DNA of 64,000 bases from an uncultured virus (IMG/VR IMGVR_UViG_3300023198_000928) (lineage: Duplodnaviria > Heunggongvirae > Uroviricota > Caudoviricetes): IMG/VR virus record IMGVR_UViG_3300023198_000928; one strand, given 5' to 3'. Below the pieces are notes generated by a model. The model made no database searches and was not told the DNA's origin. It worked only from the letters and a program-made list of their open reading frames with translations. Below are positions 30,901-39,057 of the stretch, piece after piece (the first letter of the stretch is position 1; each line of letters begins with the position of its first letter). The position numbers and the translations under genes were made by a program.

Positions 30901-33900
30901 CATATCCTGCAAGAGTTGTAGGAGTGCCTGTAAAATTACTCCAGTCTAGGTAGTAAGCTCCATTTTGAGTTTCTAATAAGCTAGAATCAGCTGCTGTTGC
31001 AGTTAACCCTAAGTAGAAAGAACTGTAGTCACCTACTTCAGCAGTTATAGCACCTGTTCTAGTGAATACTGAAGTTACTGTATTTGCTTCTGCCGAAGTA
31101 CTCAAAGTAAGAACTCCACCTGCAGAATAGGCAACACTTAGAGGACCGTTGGCAACTAAATCAAAGTCTTCAGTAGATCCTATTTGTTTACGTTGTATTC
31201 CATTAGATTTTAAATTCCAATATTGGTAATTATCTAATGTAGGAATACCAGTAAGATCTCCCCAATCCGGTTGAGCTGATGTAAATACCCCTGTACCAGC
31301 ATTATAAGAATTTAAAAACTCTGAAGCTATTCCTGGTTTATTTATTGATTCCTGTGGTGTATTTGTATGATTAGTGTAATCTAGATAGAAAACTCCGTCA
31401 GCTCCTCCTAATAATGCTGCATTAGATGCTGTACCTGTTAAATTTCCTATAAATGTAGGAGCTGTTACATCTTGAGCAAACGTTACTTCTCTTACATCTC
31501 TATCTACTTCAAATATATTTCCAACTGTAGTTAGATTAGCTGAATCAAAATAGAATTTATTTGTAACAGCATCTGCTCTAAATTTATATCCATATGTATC
31601 AGTTCCCCAAGTATTATCATCCTCTACAAATTCAATTGCCCCTGAATTAGCTATTCCTGGAGTCACTGTACCAATTCTTAATATTGGGTCCGTATCTGTT
31701 ATTATGCTCTGTCTTATACTAAAATTATTATTTACATCATTATATGCAGTATTGTGAGCGTCTAAATCGGCTTGTAATAGTGTAACAATACCTGTTCTTG
31801 AATTCCAAGAAGCTACTCCGGCTGTTCCACCTGCTATTGCCTCATCTACATACAATTTATTTGTTAAATGATCATCAGCACTAGGTACAGATGCATTCAA
31901 TACATTAGTAGTAAATGTTTTTTGTCCTGTAATTGTTTGTGCAGTAGTTAAATCTACATAATTTGTTAAATCTAAACTTCCTCCGCTGCTTGATGTAGAA
32001 GTTTGAATATCCCACTCATCTGATATAAAAGCATCTTGAACTTGGATATCTATACCATATGCATTGTCATCAAGAACTATATTATCATAGCTATCATCAA
32101 CTATTAAAAATCCAGCTACATTAGCATTTGGCAGATAGTAATTTAAATCCTCATCCCATGTAATAGGTGTAGAATCAACAGTTTCAAATACAAAATTCAT
32201 TGCAAGACCTAAGATACCTTGCACAGAAGGAATAACACCAAATTCTAAATAAGCTCCAGGATCTACAATACTTTGAATAGTCCATCTAACTCCAACCCCT
32301 TCTATAATATCACCAATAACAAGATTTGCTAATTCTGTACTTCTATCACCTACTGTATCTGACTTATGAATTCTCATTAATGAAGTCTCCTTACCCGCGT
32401 GAGTAATCTGTCCTGAAGTAGGTATTGTAGCATTTTGAGGTGTTAAATAATCCCAGTCACCGTTAAAAGTTGCTGGAGAACCATCAATTTCAGTCGTTAC
32501 CGCAAGAATATCATATTTTTCCCCGGCTCTTATTAAAACTCTAGATATACTAAATTCTTTCCATCCAGTATAATTAGCAGTGAATACTATTTTTTGATTT
32601 ATTATTTGAGCTCCTTCTGGATCCTCTACTGAAAATATTTGATAAGTAAAAGTATCATTTATGAATATTCTATATTTATCAACAAATGTATCAGTAGGAA
32701 AAGTATATCTAGTACCAAACATAACCTGTTTAGCTACTGCTGCATTTGGAGCAAGAGTTCCTTCAAATACATATCTAACATCTCCAATAGGTTGAGGTGA
32801 AGGTCTTTCAGTAGTTATAGTATTTGCTATAGCTAAATAACCATTATCACTAACTTGATCACTAATTTGATAAGTAGCTACAGGATCCCAAATACCTAAC
32901 CATCTAGTTCTTTTATCAGTATACTCCTTAGTAGGAACTGTCTGAATATCAGCTGTTTCTAAATATAGTAAAGTAGAATTAGTTCTTATATCTCCCTCAA
33001 CATCTAATTGAGCATTAGGAGCTGTTGCCTTACCTAATGATAATGTTGTATTAATATAATTATGAGAAGATGGATGATCTCCTAAAAATATATTAGTAAC
33101 TCCTGCTGAATCAGATAAGGACATATATGTCCCAGTAGTGTCAGCAAACATCCTAGCTAGAGAAGTCCCTACTACAGACGATATTGGGGCAGTAGTAGCG
33201 CTATCTACGATTACTCCTTGAGCTGAGGTAAACAAATTATCCCCAATGTTAACAGGCTGATTTGCGCCTGTATAAGGTACTAAAGTTGTGTCAGTAGTCT
33301 GTAAACTTTCTAAAGCATCAGAAGCAGTTGCTCCGGGTACTGATGATACATTTAAAACAGTATCTGTATTTATAGGAACAGGAACTGATGCATATCCTTC
33401 ATGATCATATCCAAAGTAATGAGTAAGTGTAATTGGTGGACCTGCTGCTGGAATCTTTATTGCTCCTATTCTTGTACGAACTCTTTGTCCTGTAGTTCTT
33501 GTAAATGTTTCTAAAAGTACCCCCGATATACTTTTTTGTGTTTCTACGTTAGCTCCAGATACATCAACAACACCTGTAGTAAGAATAGATACAACAGGTA
33601 CGCCATAACTACCAATCGGTGCTCCTGTAACTCCACTAGGAAGAACATTTCCATCAACATCTGCTAAGTATAATTCCAAGTATAGTTGTACATTATATTG
33701 AGAGCTACTGGCTGTAAAAGTAATAACTCCTGTATAATCTCCTGCATTTATAGTAAAAGTATCTAGTACTGGCAGTGTTATAGTATCCTGTGCAAACCAT
33801 GCTACAGTTCCATCAGAAGCTACCGATTGAGTAACAGAAGCTACTGCTCCTTTATCTAGAGTCAACGTTTGATAAAATGTTCCAGCTGCCTCGACAATAG

Positions 33901-36900
33901 TATCTCCTGTAAAATATACATTATTTAATAATCCTGCAGTGCTTCCAGGTATAGCACTAATTAATGGATTTCTAACATCAGTTTTATCAATTGCAATACC
34001 AGTTCCAGCAAATACGTCTTCTAGGGTATCTTCTAATCTAGCTAAAGTACCTCCAGCTGCTGGTAAATTTACAGCAATAGAAGTAAGGCCGTGAACCTGA
34101 CCGCGTAATTGAGTAGTATCTCCTGTGTTTGTGATATCCAGTCCTTGATTTATAATAGATGTCTCAAAACCACCTACAGTATCTCTAACCACTACTGAAG
34201 TAGGATTTAATTCTGACTGAACACCTACTACACCTGAAGAAGATATTAATGAATTAGTTGTAGAGTTTCCTATATCCGTAACATATTGCAAATCAATTAC
34301 TTCTACTAATCCATCAACATATAATTTATTTGTTAAGTGGCTGTCAATTGTAGGAGCTGTAGAAGCTATAACATTACCTGTAACAGTAAGATCACCTGTA
34401 AAAGTGTCTGTAGTATTAAGAAGATATTTACCGTCAGAAACAACAGTAGTCTGATAATAAAGTTGTATCCACTCTCGTGAAGTTAATATTCTTCCAGTCG
34501 CTTCTGCATCTATTAAAGCAGTAGTTAAACCTGCCGCTATTATCTCAGCTGAATCTTTAACTAATAATTTAGAAGTTGAAGCATCTAATGTAGTCCCAGT
34601 TCTTAAGTCTATATCATTATTATTACCGGTAGCTATGAACATCTCCTTATCAGTGTAAAGAGAAGCATTACCTCTTAAGTAAGGTGTCACATAATTACCT
34701 CCGTGCATAGTTATTCCGAAAGTATTAGTGTATAAAGCTCCTGAGCCTTTAACTGTAACACTTGAAACTGCTGAAGTTCCTACATCATCAATATTTGTTG
34801 AACTAAATCCTATATTACCATTAAAACTTCTATTAACATCAAATCCATTATGCAGAGGATCTAATGGAGATAGTCTAGTACCAATATTAGCATCTGGAGT
34901 AACTGTTGTTAAAAATGCAACAGCTGCTATCTCGTTATCTACGTATAACTTATTTGTTAGGTGACCGTTTAATACCGGAGCAGAAGTTGCTATTATAGCC
35001 TGGGTGAATATCTTATTTCCAGCTATTGATTGATTACTAACTAAATCTACATAATCCGCGTTTGTAGGTAAATCACCAAGCAAAGCCAAAGTACCATCAT
35101 TATCAGGCACCTGTATAGTTCTATCTGTAACCGCCTCAGGAAATTGAATTGTAACATCAAAAGGAGTAGATTCAGTTCTAGAACTACTTACTATTTTATT
35201 TTGATACAATCTCATAGCATCACCTGCTGTTCTACTATCTGTATCCTTAACCTCTATATACGTAGGATGCAATGATGTCTGCTGAGCTTCGTTATTAGTG
35301 TATACAGTTATGTCTGCTGAAGTTATACGGGTTCTAGCAATACTAGCCGTACCTACAAGAAGTTCTGTAGCGCTGAATGTCTTAATTCCTCCTACTGTCT
35401 GATCATTTACTAAGTCTACATAATCTGTATTCGTAGGAATGTCATCAGTTAAAGCAATTGTCCCAGTCGCTGCTGGTAAAGTATGAGTGTATGATCCTGA
35501 TGGGAAATCTAAAAGGTAAGTACCGAAACTAGTTGAATTTCTAATATTACCCTGCTCTAAGAATGTTCCATATCCTAAATGATCTAATACCCCTACATAA
35601 TTGTATCTTACAAGTCCATATAAAGGATTAGCTCCAGTGTTATTAGTAATCAAAAACTGAGTATCAGTAATTGTTGCTGTCTTATCGTTTAATTTATCTA
35701 CTATAATATCATTATTAGTAGTACTTCCTTCATCTGTAATTTCCTGAAGATTAGGTGTATATAGTCCATTTTCAGCTGAAAGTATTTTATAATCTGCCTC
35801 AGTACCAGTTGTAGTACCTAAATATTCTACATAAATATATCCGCTATCAATTATTGTAAATCCACTTCCATCATCAACATAGTATAGAGAATCTATAGTC
35901 TGATTTCCCATATCCGCGATTAATGTTGCTATATCTGCATAATGATCTGCAATACCTGAATCTCCTCCAGGTGCGCCGTTGACTAGGGCCCATTCTTTAG
36001 TAACTACTGTCTTCCCATCTCCTGCATCTATCTCTGCAATAGTAACCTGAGATTTAATATCTCCATCTACATTAAGAATTGTTGGATCGACTTGATTAGG
36101 TGTTAGTTGATCAAATCCTACTTGGAGTCTTGAACCTAGTGAAGAAGCTCCCTTTTCCTTAGGCTGAGCTATTAATGCTATATGATGTCTCTCACCTTTA
36201 CTTATTAATATAGTTCCATAAGGAAGTCCATCAGTAGTTCCACTCCAATTTAAAGATGTTTCACTATCATAATTTCCCTCCATCACTCCTAAAAATCCTC
36301 TTTGAGGACCGTCTCCCATTCCTCCTGATCCTGTAACATTACCAAACCACCTAAAAGCACCTATGTCAGGTTTCGCGTTAGTAGTTAAATCAGTTCCATC
36401 AATATCGGCTACAAAATTTCTAAATCCATCTGTAGGAGTGTTCCATGTAGAAGATACAAATGCCTGCGCATCAATATTATGAATAGTAGTATTACCTACT
36501 GTTGTAACACTTTGTAAGTCTTGATTTATAGGTTCGCCTGCTACAACACCTCCTACTAAAGTAGCATAACCGGCTCGTGGTAGTCCTGGGGGAAATGTGA
36601 TAACTAAACTATTAAAATCAATACCTTCTATTTTAAAAGGCCCTATTACTTGACTATTTTCATCGTACACAGTAAGAACTGGTCGAATAATACCAAGATT
36701 ATGGGTTATAGTCCATTGCTCTGCTGGAGTATCTTGTTCATGAACAAACATCCCATATGTTCCAGCTCCCACTGGTATCCATACCGAATTATCAAGGATT
36801 AATGCTCCTGAAGCATCATCAATTAATGCTCTATATAGATAATCTCCTGATATTACAAAAGATCCTTTATCATATAAATCTGTAGGAATAACTTCGACTG

Positions 36901-37030
36901 CTTTTATATATTTCCAGGATAGATTCCCATCAACATCAGAAGTTCCCACTTTTCCATTAGCTGGTAAAGTACTATTTGGATTCTTCAGTTGAACATTTTT
37001 GCTTATAACTATAGATCCTCTTACTTTCAT
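24986..37030 (-). CDS. giant mosaic tail fibre (~4000 aa; spans a scaffold gap, true length uncertain)
   Basis: HLTNKLYVD, YVDLxxxQTxxGxKTF, AYxNVxNxFxxxQ, PTTLAGYGI repeats; N-terminal HNLG domain; C-terminal EGALYIQY. Confidence 0.8.
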   Translation of the reverse strand: MKVRGSIVISKNVQLKNPNSTLPANGKVGTSDVDGNLSWKYIKAVEVIPTDLYDKGSFVISGDYLYRALIDDASGALILDNSVWIPVGAGTYGMFVHEQDTPAEQWTITHNLGIIRPVLTVYDENSQVIGPFKIEGIDFNSLVITFPPGLPRAGYATLVGGVVAGEPINQDLQSVTTVGNTTIHNIDAQAFVSSTWNTPTDGFRNFVADIDGTDLTTNAKPDIGAFRWFGNVTGSGGMGDGPQRGFLGVMEGNYDSETSLNWSGTTDGLPYGTILISKGERHHIALIAQPKEKGASSLGSRLQVGFDQLTPNQVDPTILNVDGDIKSQVTIAEIDAGDGKTVVTKEWALVNGAPGGDSGIADHYADIATLIADMGNQTIDSLYYVDDGSGFTIIDSGYIYVEYLGTTTGTEADYKILSAENGLYTPNLQEITDEGSTTNNDIIVDKLNDKTATITDTQFLITNNTGANPLYGLVRYNYVGVLDHLGYGTFLEQGNIRNSTSFGTYLLDFPSGSYTHTLPAATGTIALTDDIPTNTDYVDLVNDQTVGGIKTFSATELLVGTASIARTRITSADITVYTNNEAQQTSLHPTYIEVKDTDSRTAGDAMRLYQNKIVSSSRTESTPFDVTIQFPEAVTDRTIQVPDNDGTLALLGDLPTNADYVDLVSNQSIAGNKIFTQAIIATSAPVLNGHLTNKLYVDNEIAAVAFLTTVTPDANIGTRLSPLDPLHNGFDVNRSFNGNIGFSSTNIDDVGTSAVSSVTVKGSGALYTNTFGITMHGGNYVTPYLRGNASLYTDKEMFIATGNNNDIDLRTGTTLDASTSKLLVKDSAEIIAAGLTTALIDAEATGRILTSREWIQLYYQTTVVSDGKYLLNTTDTFTGDLTVTGNVIASTAPTIDSHLTNKLYVDGLVEVIDLQYVTDIGNSTTNSLISSSGVVGVQSELNPTSVVVRDTVGGFETSIINQGLDITNTGDTTQLRGQVHGLTSIAVNLPAAGGTLARLEDTLEDVFAGTGIAIDKTDVRNPLISAIPGSTAGLLNNVYFTGDTIVEAAGTFYQTLTLDKGAVASVTQSVASDGTVAWFAQDTITLPVLDTFTINAGDYTGVITFTASSSQYNVQLYLELYLADVDGNVLPSGVTGAPIGSYGVPVVSILTTGVVDVSGANVETQKSISGVLLETFTRTTGQRVRTRIGAIKIPAAGPPITLTHYFGYDHEGYASVPVPINTDTVLNVSSVPGATASDALESLQTTDTTLVPYTGANQPVNIGDNLFTSAQGVIVDSATTAPISSVVGTSLARMFADTTGTYMSLSDSAGVTNIFLGDHPSSHNYINTTLSLGKATAPNAQLDVEGDIRTNSTLLYLETADIQTVPTKEYTDKRTRWLGIWDPVATYQISDQVSDNGYLAIANTITTERPSPQPIGDVRYVFEGTLAPNAAVAKQVMFGTRYTFPTDTFVDKYRIFINDTFTYQIFSVEDPEGAQIINQKIVFTANYTGWKEFSISRVLIRAGEKYDILAVTTEIDGSPATFNGDWDYLTPQNATIPTSGQITHAGKETSLMRIHKSDTVGDRSTELANLVIGDIIEGVGVRWTIQSIVDPGAYLEFGVIPSVQGILGLAMNFVFETVDSTPITWDEDLNYYLPNANVAGFLIVDDSYDNIVLDDNAYGIDIQVQDAFISDEWDIQTSTSSSGGSLDLTNYVDLTTAQTITGQKTFTTNVLNASVPSADDHLTNKLYVDEAIAGGTAGVASWNSRTGIVTLLQADLDAHNTAYNDVNNNFSIRQSIITDTDPILRIGTVTPGIANSGAIEFVEDDNTWGTDTYGYKFRADAVTNKFYFDSANLTTVGNIFEVDRDVREVTFAQDVTAPTFIGNLTGTASNAALLGGADGVFYLDYTNHTNTPQESINKPGIASEFLNSYNAGTGVFTSAQPDWGDLTGIPTLDNYQYWNLKSNGIQRKQIGSTEDFDLVANGPLSVAYSAGGVLTLSTSAEANTVTSVFTRTGAITAEVGDYSSFYLGLTATAADSSLLETQNGAYYLDWSNFTGTPTTLAGYGITDAYTKTEVDDLVQGVSDHVDLTTDQTVAGEKTFIDNMFISNSVTKGLTVLNTTAPNEEAAITYDKVKVSANLEAQRAVMFNDSIGVVDDDNAINGTAFFMFSDRLQFINDVNTTPSSITLTVAPGLATDYTITIPNGTGTLALTADIPDNIALTTVDNNFTTEQTVSGNVISSTVPTTDDHLTNKLYVDNKVLGIANVAYTNVANIFTEDQTISGDKRLILDAGGGLFSSIKSGTLTTARAFTLGDNGGQIAVTTDIPDNTDYLDFTTTQGNISGSKTFTNNLYLSKAGNIAINVDDTLAGEFGYYSSNYFGVTTSNGAIDMDVTTEPVITMNDGTNATNIKTNPGTAANIDVLLPAVGGTLAVITDLPSGSFAYTNVNNNFTTTQNVIGDVIATVGVYGNGFYANNNVSYLSKDVAGGYYNLIKYGADDNTYIGGGFGELYFNDGIDRVVYHAGNFDPANITNVAYLNQDNTFTGHIIATTYLRANDGDDFVIGSVAGVARLEHSSGDIKIYNTADTAVLSINNTSEVATFSSNVLASAVPTDDAHLANKLYVDNAISGSGVASWNTRTGAVTLLQQDLDDFNTAYNNVDNTFSTTQTISRTAVDAEXXXXXXXXXXXXXXXXXXXXXXXXXXXXXXXXXXAYTNIDNDFTVEQSMPKVVTGGRTAINSTAQVQGLINTAISFQNYIDFAAATGDDRFRISNGATGDFYPLISGRVDNTAYASLYFLGDNTSGTSATSGIITFDGRVGGTTAIATDVLMEIVSGAGGRRFHIMGDGKAFFINDVDTTGNITAANFTGSSSGANTGDETKASIDALNVDADTLDGLDSLAFELAFTKNTAFNKDFGTASGTVAEGDDIRINNGQTAFGWGDHAGLYSLVSHTHAFSEITSTPTTLVGYGISDTKANYNTSLSDGNFLFDGDVVSFPGFDTLFNDYGYVEPTHAFGDLTSTPTTLLGYGISDTKANFDTALSDGTFLYDGDVVSFPGFDTLFNDYGYVEPTHAFGDLTSTPTTLAGYGISDSKLNYNTSLSDGTFMFTGDVPTAHTHTLAEGATDVTATFAELNLLDLSGLTVGWILSADSASTASWKAPTGGSGSQTFISSSELTAHTLTLSDSGGSVKFIEGTGVTLTTSGTALDAELIITAAYTEINDLTAAVIWANVPDANITETSVTQHEAALSIGWSQVTSTPTTLAGYGISDTMANFDTALSDGTFIYEGDSRLTDARPPTSHTLLSHTISGETIGHVLAADSPTTYSIRQLLGSEISNTESWAADQTSIVGISGTKSEFNTELTDGDFLFSGDVVSFPGWGSVTDHTDIASATNTDKFVLVANGTTGYVGRALLEADISDFGSYLSTGITTLAGYGISDTKANFNTALSDGTFLYDGDVVSFPGFTDLLTDYGFTDNSVNWNTAFGWGDWAGHTHPKSDITDFAHTHEIADVLDFTDNSANWDTAFGWGDHAGLYSLTGHSHLEADITDLGPYDNYQSFNLKTNGVQRTTIVSNGEVDIVAGTDISVVYSAGGVVTINNAVTQNTAYNKNFGTIAGTVTEGDVFTSHKNGDGSDHTFINQDVTIGSSPTFNGQNITGVSASAGQGLSYYLGDNIVSGDNLDLTTTPAGGAEVEIQTTVAAADGIKFIERFVTDGLNVDSLPAGTWIFRNYLSVDSSSGASIVHVRLNKRVLKPGTVTTTGTGITRTFTATDGGTFVSGDANASILEATLIETPTETFWIDSFASDTVVTAVTDQAGYINESGVTFYLYYLQFRITTDIITEVEPKLFINELVHSEIPMDPADEMLLAYFIETTSNPNRIVSLYKNGSEHYSYLQTPLIIKHNSLDGLNEGEYQHLTIAEKATVDSALQPGDIGVTVEAYNANIQTHIGDVTTNPHSVNATDVGLSNVDNTSDADKPVSTDTQTALDLKSDTTHNHNGQTIVVGDHGTESVDEVVNVCYGTSATPPSAGTVTEGALYIQYTP
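27780..28240 (-). repeat. 177-nt (59 aa) coding tandem repeat, about 2.5 copies, further copies at 26.7-27.3 kb
   Basis: PTTLxGYGISDTKANxxTxLSDGxFLxDGDVVSFPGFDTLFNDYGYVEPTHAFGDLTST; offset 27884 to 28061. Confidence 0.85.
28969..29068. other. scaffold gap (100 N)
   Basis: run of exactly 100 N. Confidence 0.98.
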
Positions 37031-37039
37031 GTCTCTGTA

Positions 37040-37606
37040 TTAAAAAATTGATACTTTAAATTGCTCTCCAATTGCAGGAGCTGGATCGAATACTACTAAT
37101 ATATGATCTGCAAATGCCTCAATACGATCCGGATATTGCGTAGATGCATACGAATCTTCATCTGATCTTACTATAACATTAGCAGTAATTGGATCTTTCA
37201 ATATATGTAAAGGTAAATTTCCATTAGGTATTTTCAGACCTGTTGGTGCCTCTATTTCATCGTATGTCATTTCAATACGATTTGTCGTATCCGCAATCAC
37301 CAAATTATATGTCTTACCTGCATAATCCTGACCTTGAATATCATTAAAATGTATAGGATACGAATATCCAATATCTAATAATCCATATTCAGATTCTCTC
37401 CATATAAAACTCCTTCCAGTGTCTCTTGTTATAATCATTAAACCATCATACATAACCCCAGGAAATAATTCTATATTACCTCCTGCAGTAGCTGCAATTA
37501 TATCTAGCTCACTTTCTACATATAATCTATCATCGATAGGGGTCGCTTCTGTAACACGAATCCCTACCGAATCAGTTTTATTTAGATATTGTCTTTTTAA
37601 CGCCAT
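37040..37606 (-). CDS. structural/fibre-docking protein (PIDxR..YxG domain)
   Basis: TPIDDRLYV..MYDGL; TAATG-coupled to upstream gene, directly precedes giant fibre. Confidence 0.55.
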   Translation of the reverse strand: MALKRQYLNKTDSVGIRVTEATPIDDRLYVESELDIIAATAGGNIELFPGVMYDGLMIITRDTGRSFIWRESEYGLLDIGYSYPIHFNDIQGQDYAGKTYNLVIADTTNRIEMTYDEIEAPTGLKIPNGNLPLHILKDPITANVIVRSDEDSYASTQYPDRIEAFADHILVVFDPAPAIGEQFKVSIF

Positions 37607-39057
37607 TAAATCACGGAATTAAGGAAGTAATCTGCTGGATTTGTTACTTGTGAAGGCGCAACATTGTATAGGTACGCTGTAAAGAAACCACCTGCTCCTA
37701 CTCCGGTTATTACATTAAATGCTGTTGCATTGATTGGACCTGAACCTCCATCAAATACTATATCTGGCCATGTACTAGGGACTTCAATTACAAAATATAC
37801 GAAGTCTACTGTATCACCAAAAGTGTTTACTTCCGCACCTGTATATACTTCTTCATCTACATTACTTAGTATATAATTAGTTTGGAATATATCTCTAGGT
37901 ATTCTATTATTGTATTGTAATACATTTACTGCATTATCAGGATCGGATCCAATTTTAACCCAAGGTTGAGCAGGAGCTGGTTCATAACTCATGATAGCTG
38001 CATCTAGATATCCAACATTTGCTCTTAATGCTGCAATAGCTACACTAACAACTACTGATGCATTGTCTAGCTCTGTCTGTACTACATCTTCAGGCTCTTG
38101 TATTAATAAATGGTATTTCTGAGTATAAAAATCTCCAGGAATAGCTTGAATATTTTCATTAAACGTACCAGTAACATCTTCACTATCTTGATTTCCCGTT
38201 CTAAGAGTAATTAATGGTCCACCAGCTACTGTCTTAGCAAGTTCCCAACTAAATACATCTGGAGTAAAATCATTTTGAACTATTCCATAATCCACTGTTA
38301 TTAAAATGTTTTCAGTGTTAGTAATCGCTGTAGGAGAAACTGAAACATCTCCGATCAAACTATTTCCTCCCATATAATATTCAACACTTGACATAACTTT
38401 CTCATCCATTTTAGTTCCATCATCTGTAAGGTCGTATACAACCACTAATGTGAAAGGTAAATAAGTTCCCACATTATTTAAATAGTACTCAGATGATACT
38501 GTATATGTAAGAGCAGTGATATCACCATTATCATTAACATAGGTTCCATTAGTAGAATTTAAAGCACTTCCTGAATAAATAGGAACTGATGATCCATCTA
38601 CTAAAATTGACCAATAAATATTTCTACCGTCGTTCTCTTCTATACTAAAATCAAAAGTAACGGTTTCATCTTTTCCAATATACTTATCCAATAGGAATGT
38701 AGTAATCGCAGGTGATGTCCCTATCTGTATATCCTGACAAGTGCCGTCATCAACATACGCTACTAAAATAGTAGTAGTTATTGAAGGATTGGCTTTTAAG
38801 GCTGCTCCTCCTTTACTTATACTGATCTTATTTGCACCAACCTGTGTATAATGCTTATTTTCGATCAAGTTTACCCCATTAACAGTCACATACAGAATAG
38901 TCTCTATTCCGAATGCAGTTATAAACGAAGTTTCATTTCCTTCTGTGAAAGTATTATCGGATAATCCTACTTCCCCATATTCTTGTCTGAATGATATATT
39001 AGTACTACTTTTTCTAATTATCAATTCGCTGTCGATTATGTTATAAATTTTCTTCAT
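37606..39057 (-). CDS. Ig-like tail structural protein
   Basis: acidic beta-rich; VTVNGVNLIENKHYT; between muzzle and fibre genes. Confidence 0.55.
   Translation of the reverse strand: MKKIYNIIDSELIIRKSSTNISFRQEYGEVGLSDNTFTEGNETSFITAFGIETILYVTVNGVNLIENKHYTQVGANKISISKGGAALKANPSITTTILVAYVDDGTCQDIQIGTSPAITTFLLDKYIGKDETVTFDFSIEENDGRNIYWSILVDGSSVPIYSGSALNSTNGTYVNDNGDITALTYTVSSEYYLNNVGTYLPFTLVVVYDLTDDGTKMDEKVMSSVEYYMGGNSLIGDVSVSPTAITNTENILITVDYGIVQNDFTPDVFSWELAKTVAGGPLITLRTGNQDSEDVTGTFNENIQAIPGDFYTQKYHLLIQEPEDVVQTELDNASVVVSVAIAALRANVGYLDAAIMSYEPAPAQPWVKIGSDPDNAVNVLQYNNRIPRDIFQTNYILSNVDEEVYTGAEVNTFGDTVDFVYFVIEVPSTWPDIVFDGGSGPINATAFNVITGVGAGGFFTAYLYNVAPSQVTNPADYFLNSVI

Noticed and set aside
6234..37030. 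Diversity-generating retroelement or invertible shufflon acting on fibre genes
   Set aside because: No reverse transcriptase or recombinase in the window, no adenine-only variant repeat pair noticed, all genes co-oriented; machinery elsewhere in the genome cannot be excluded
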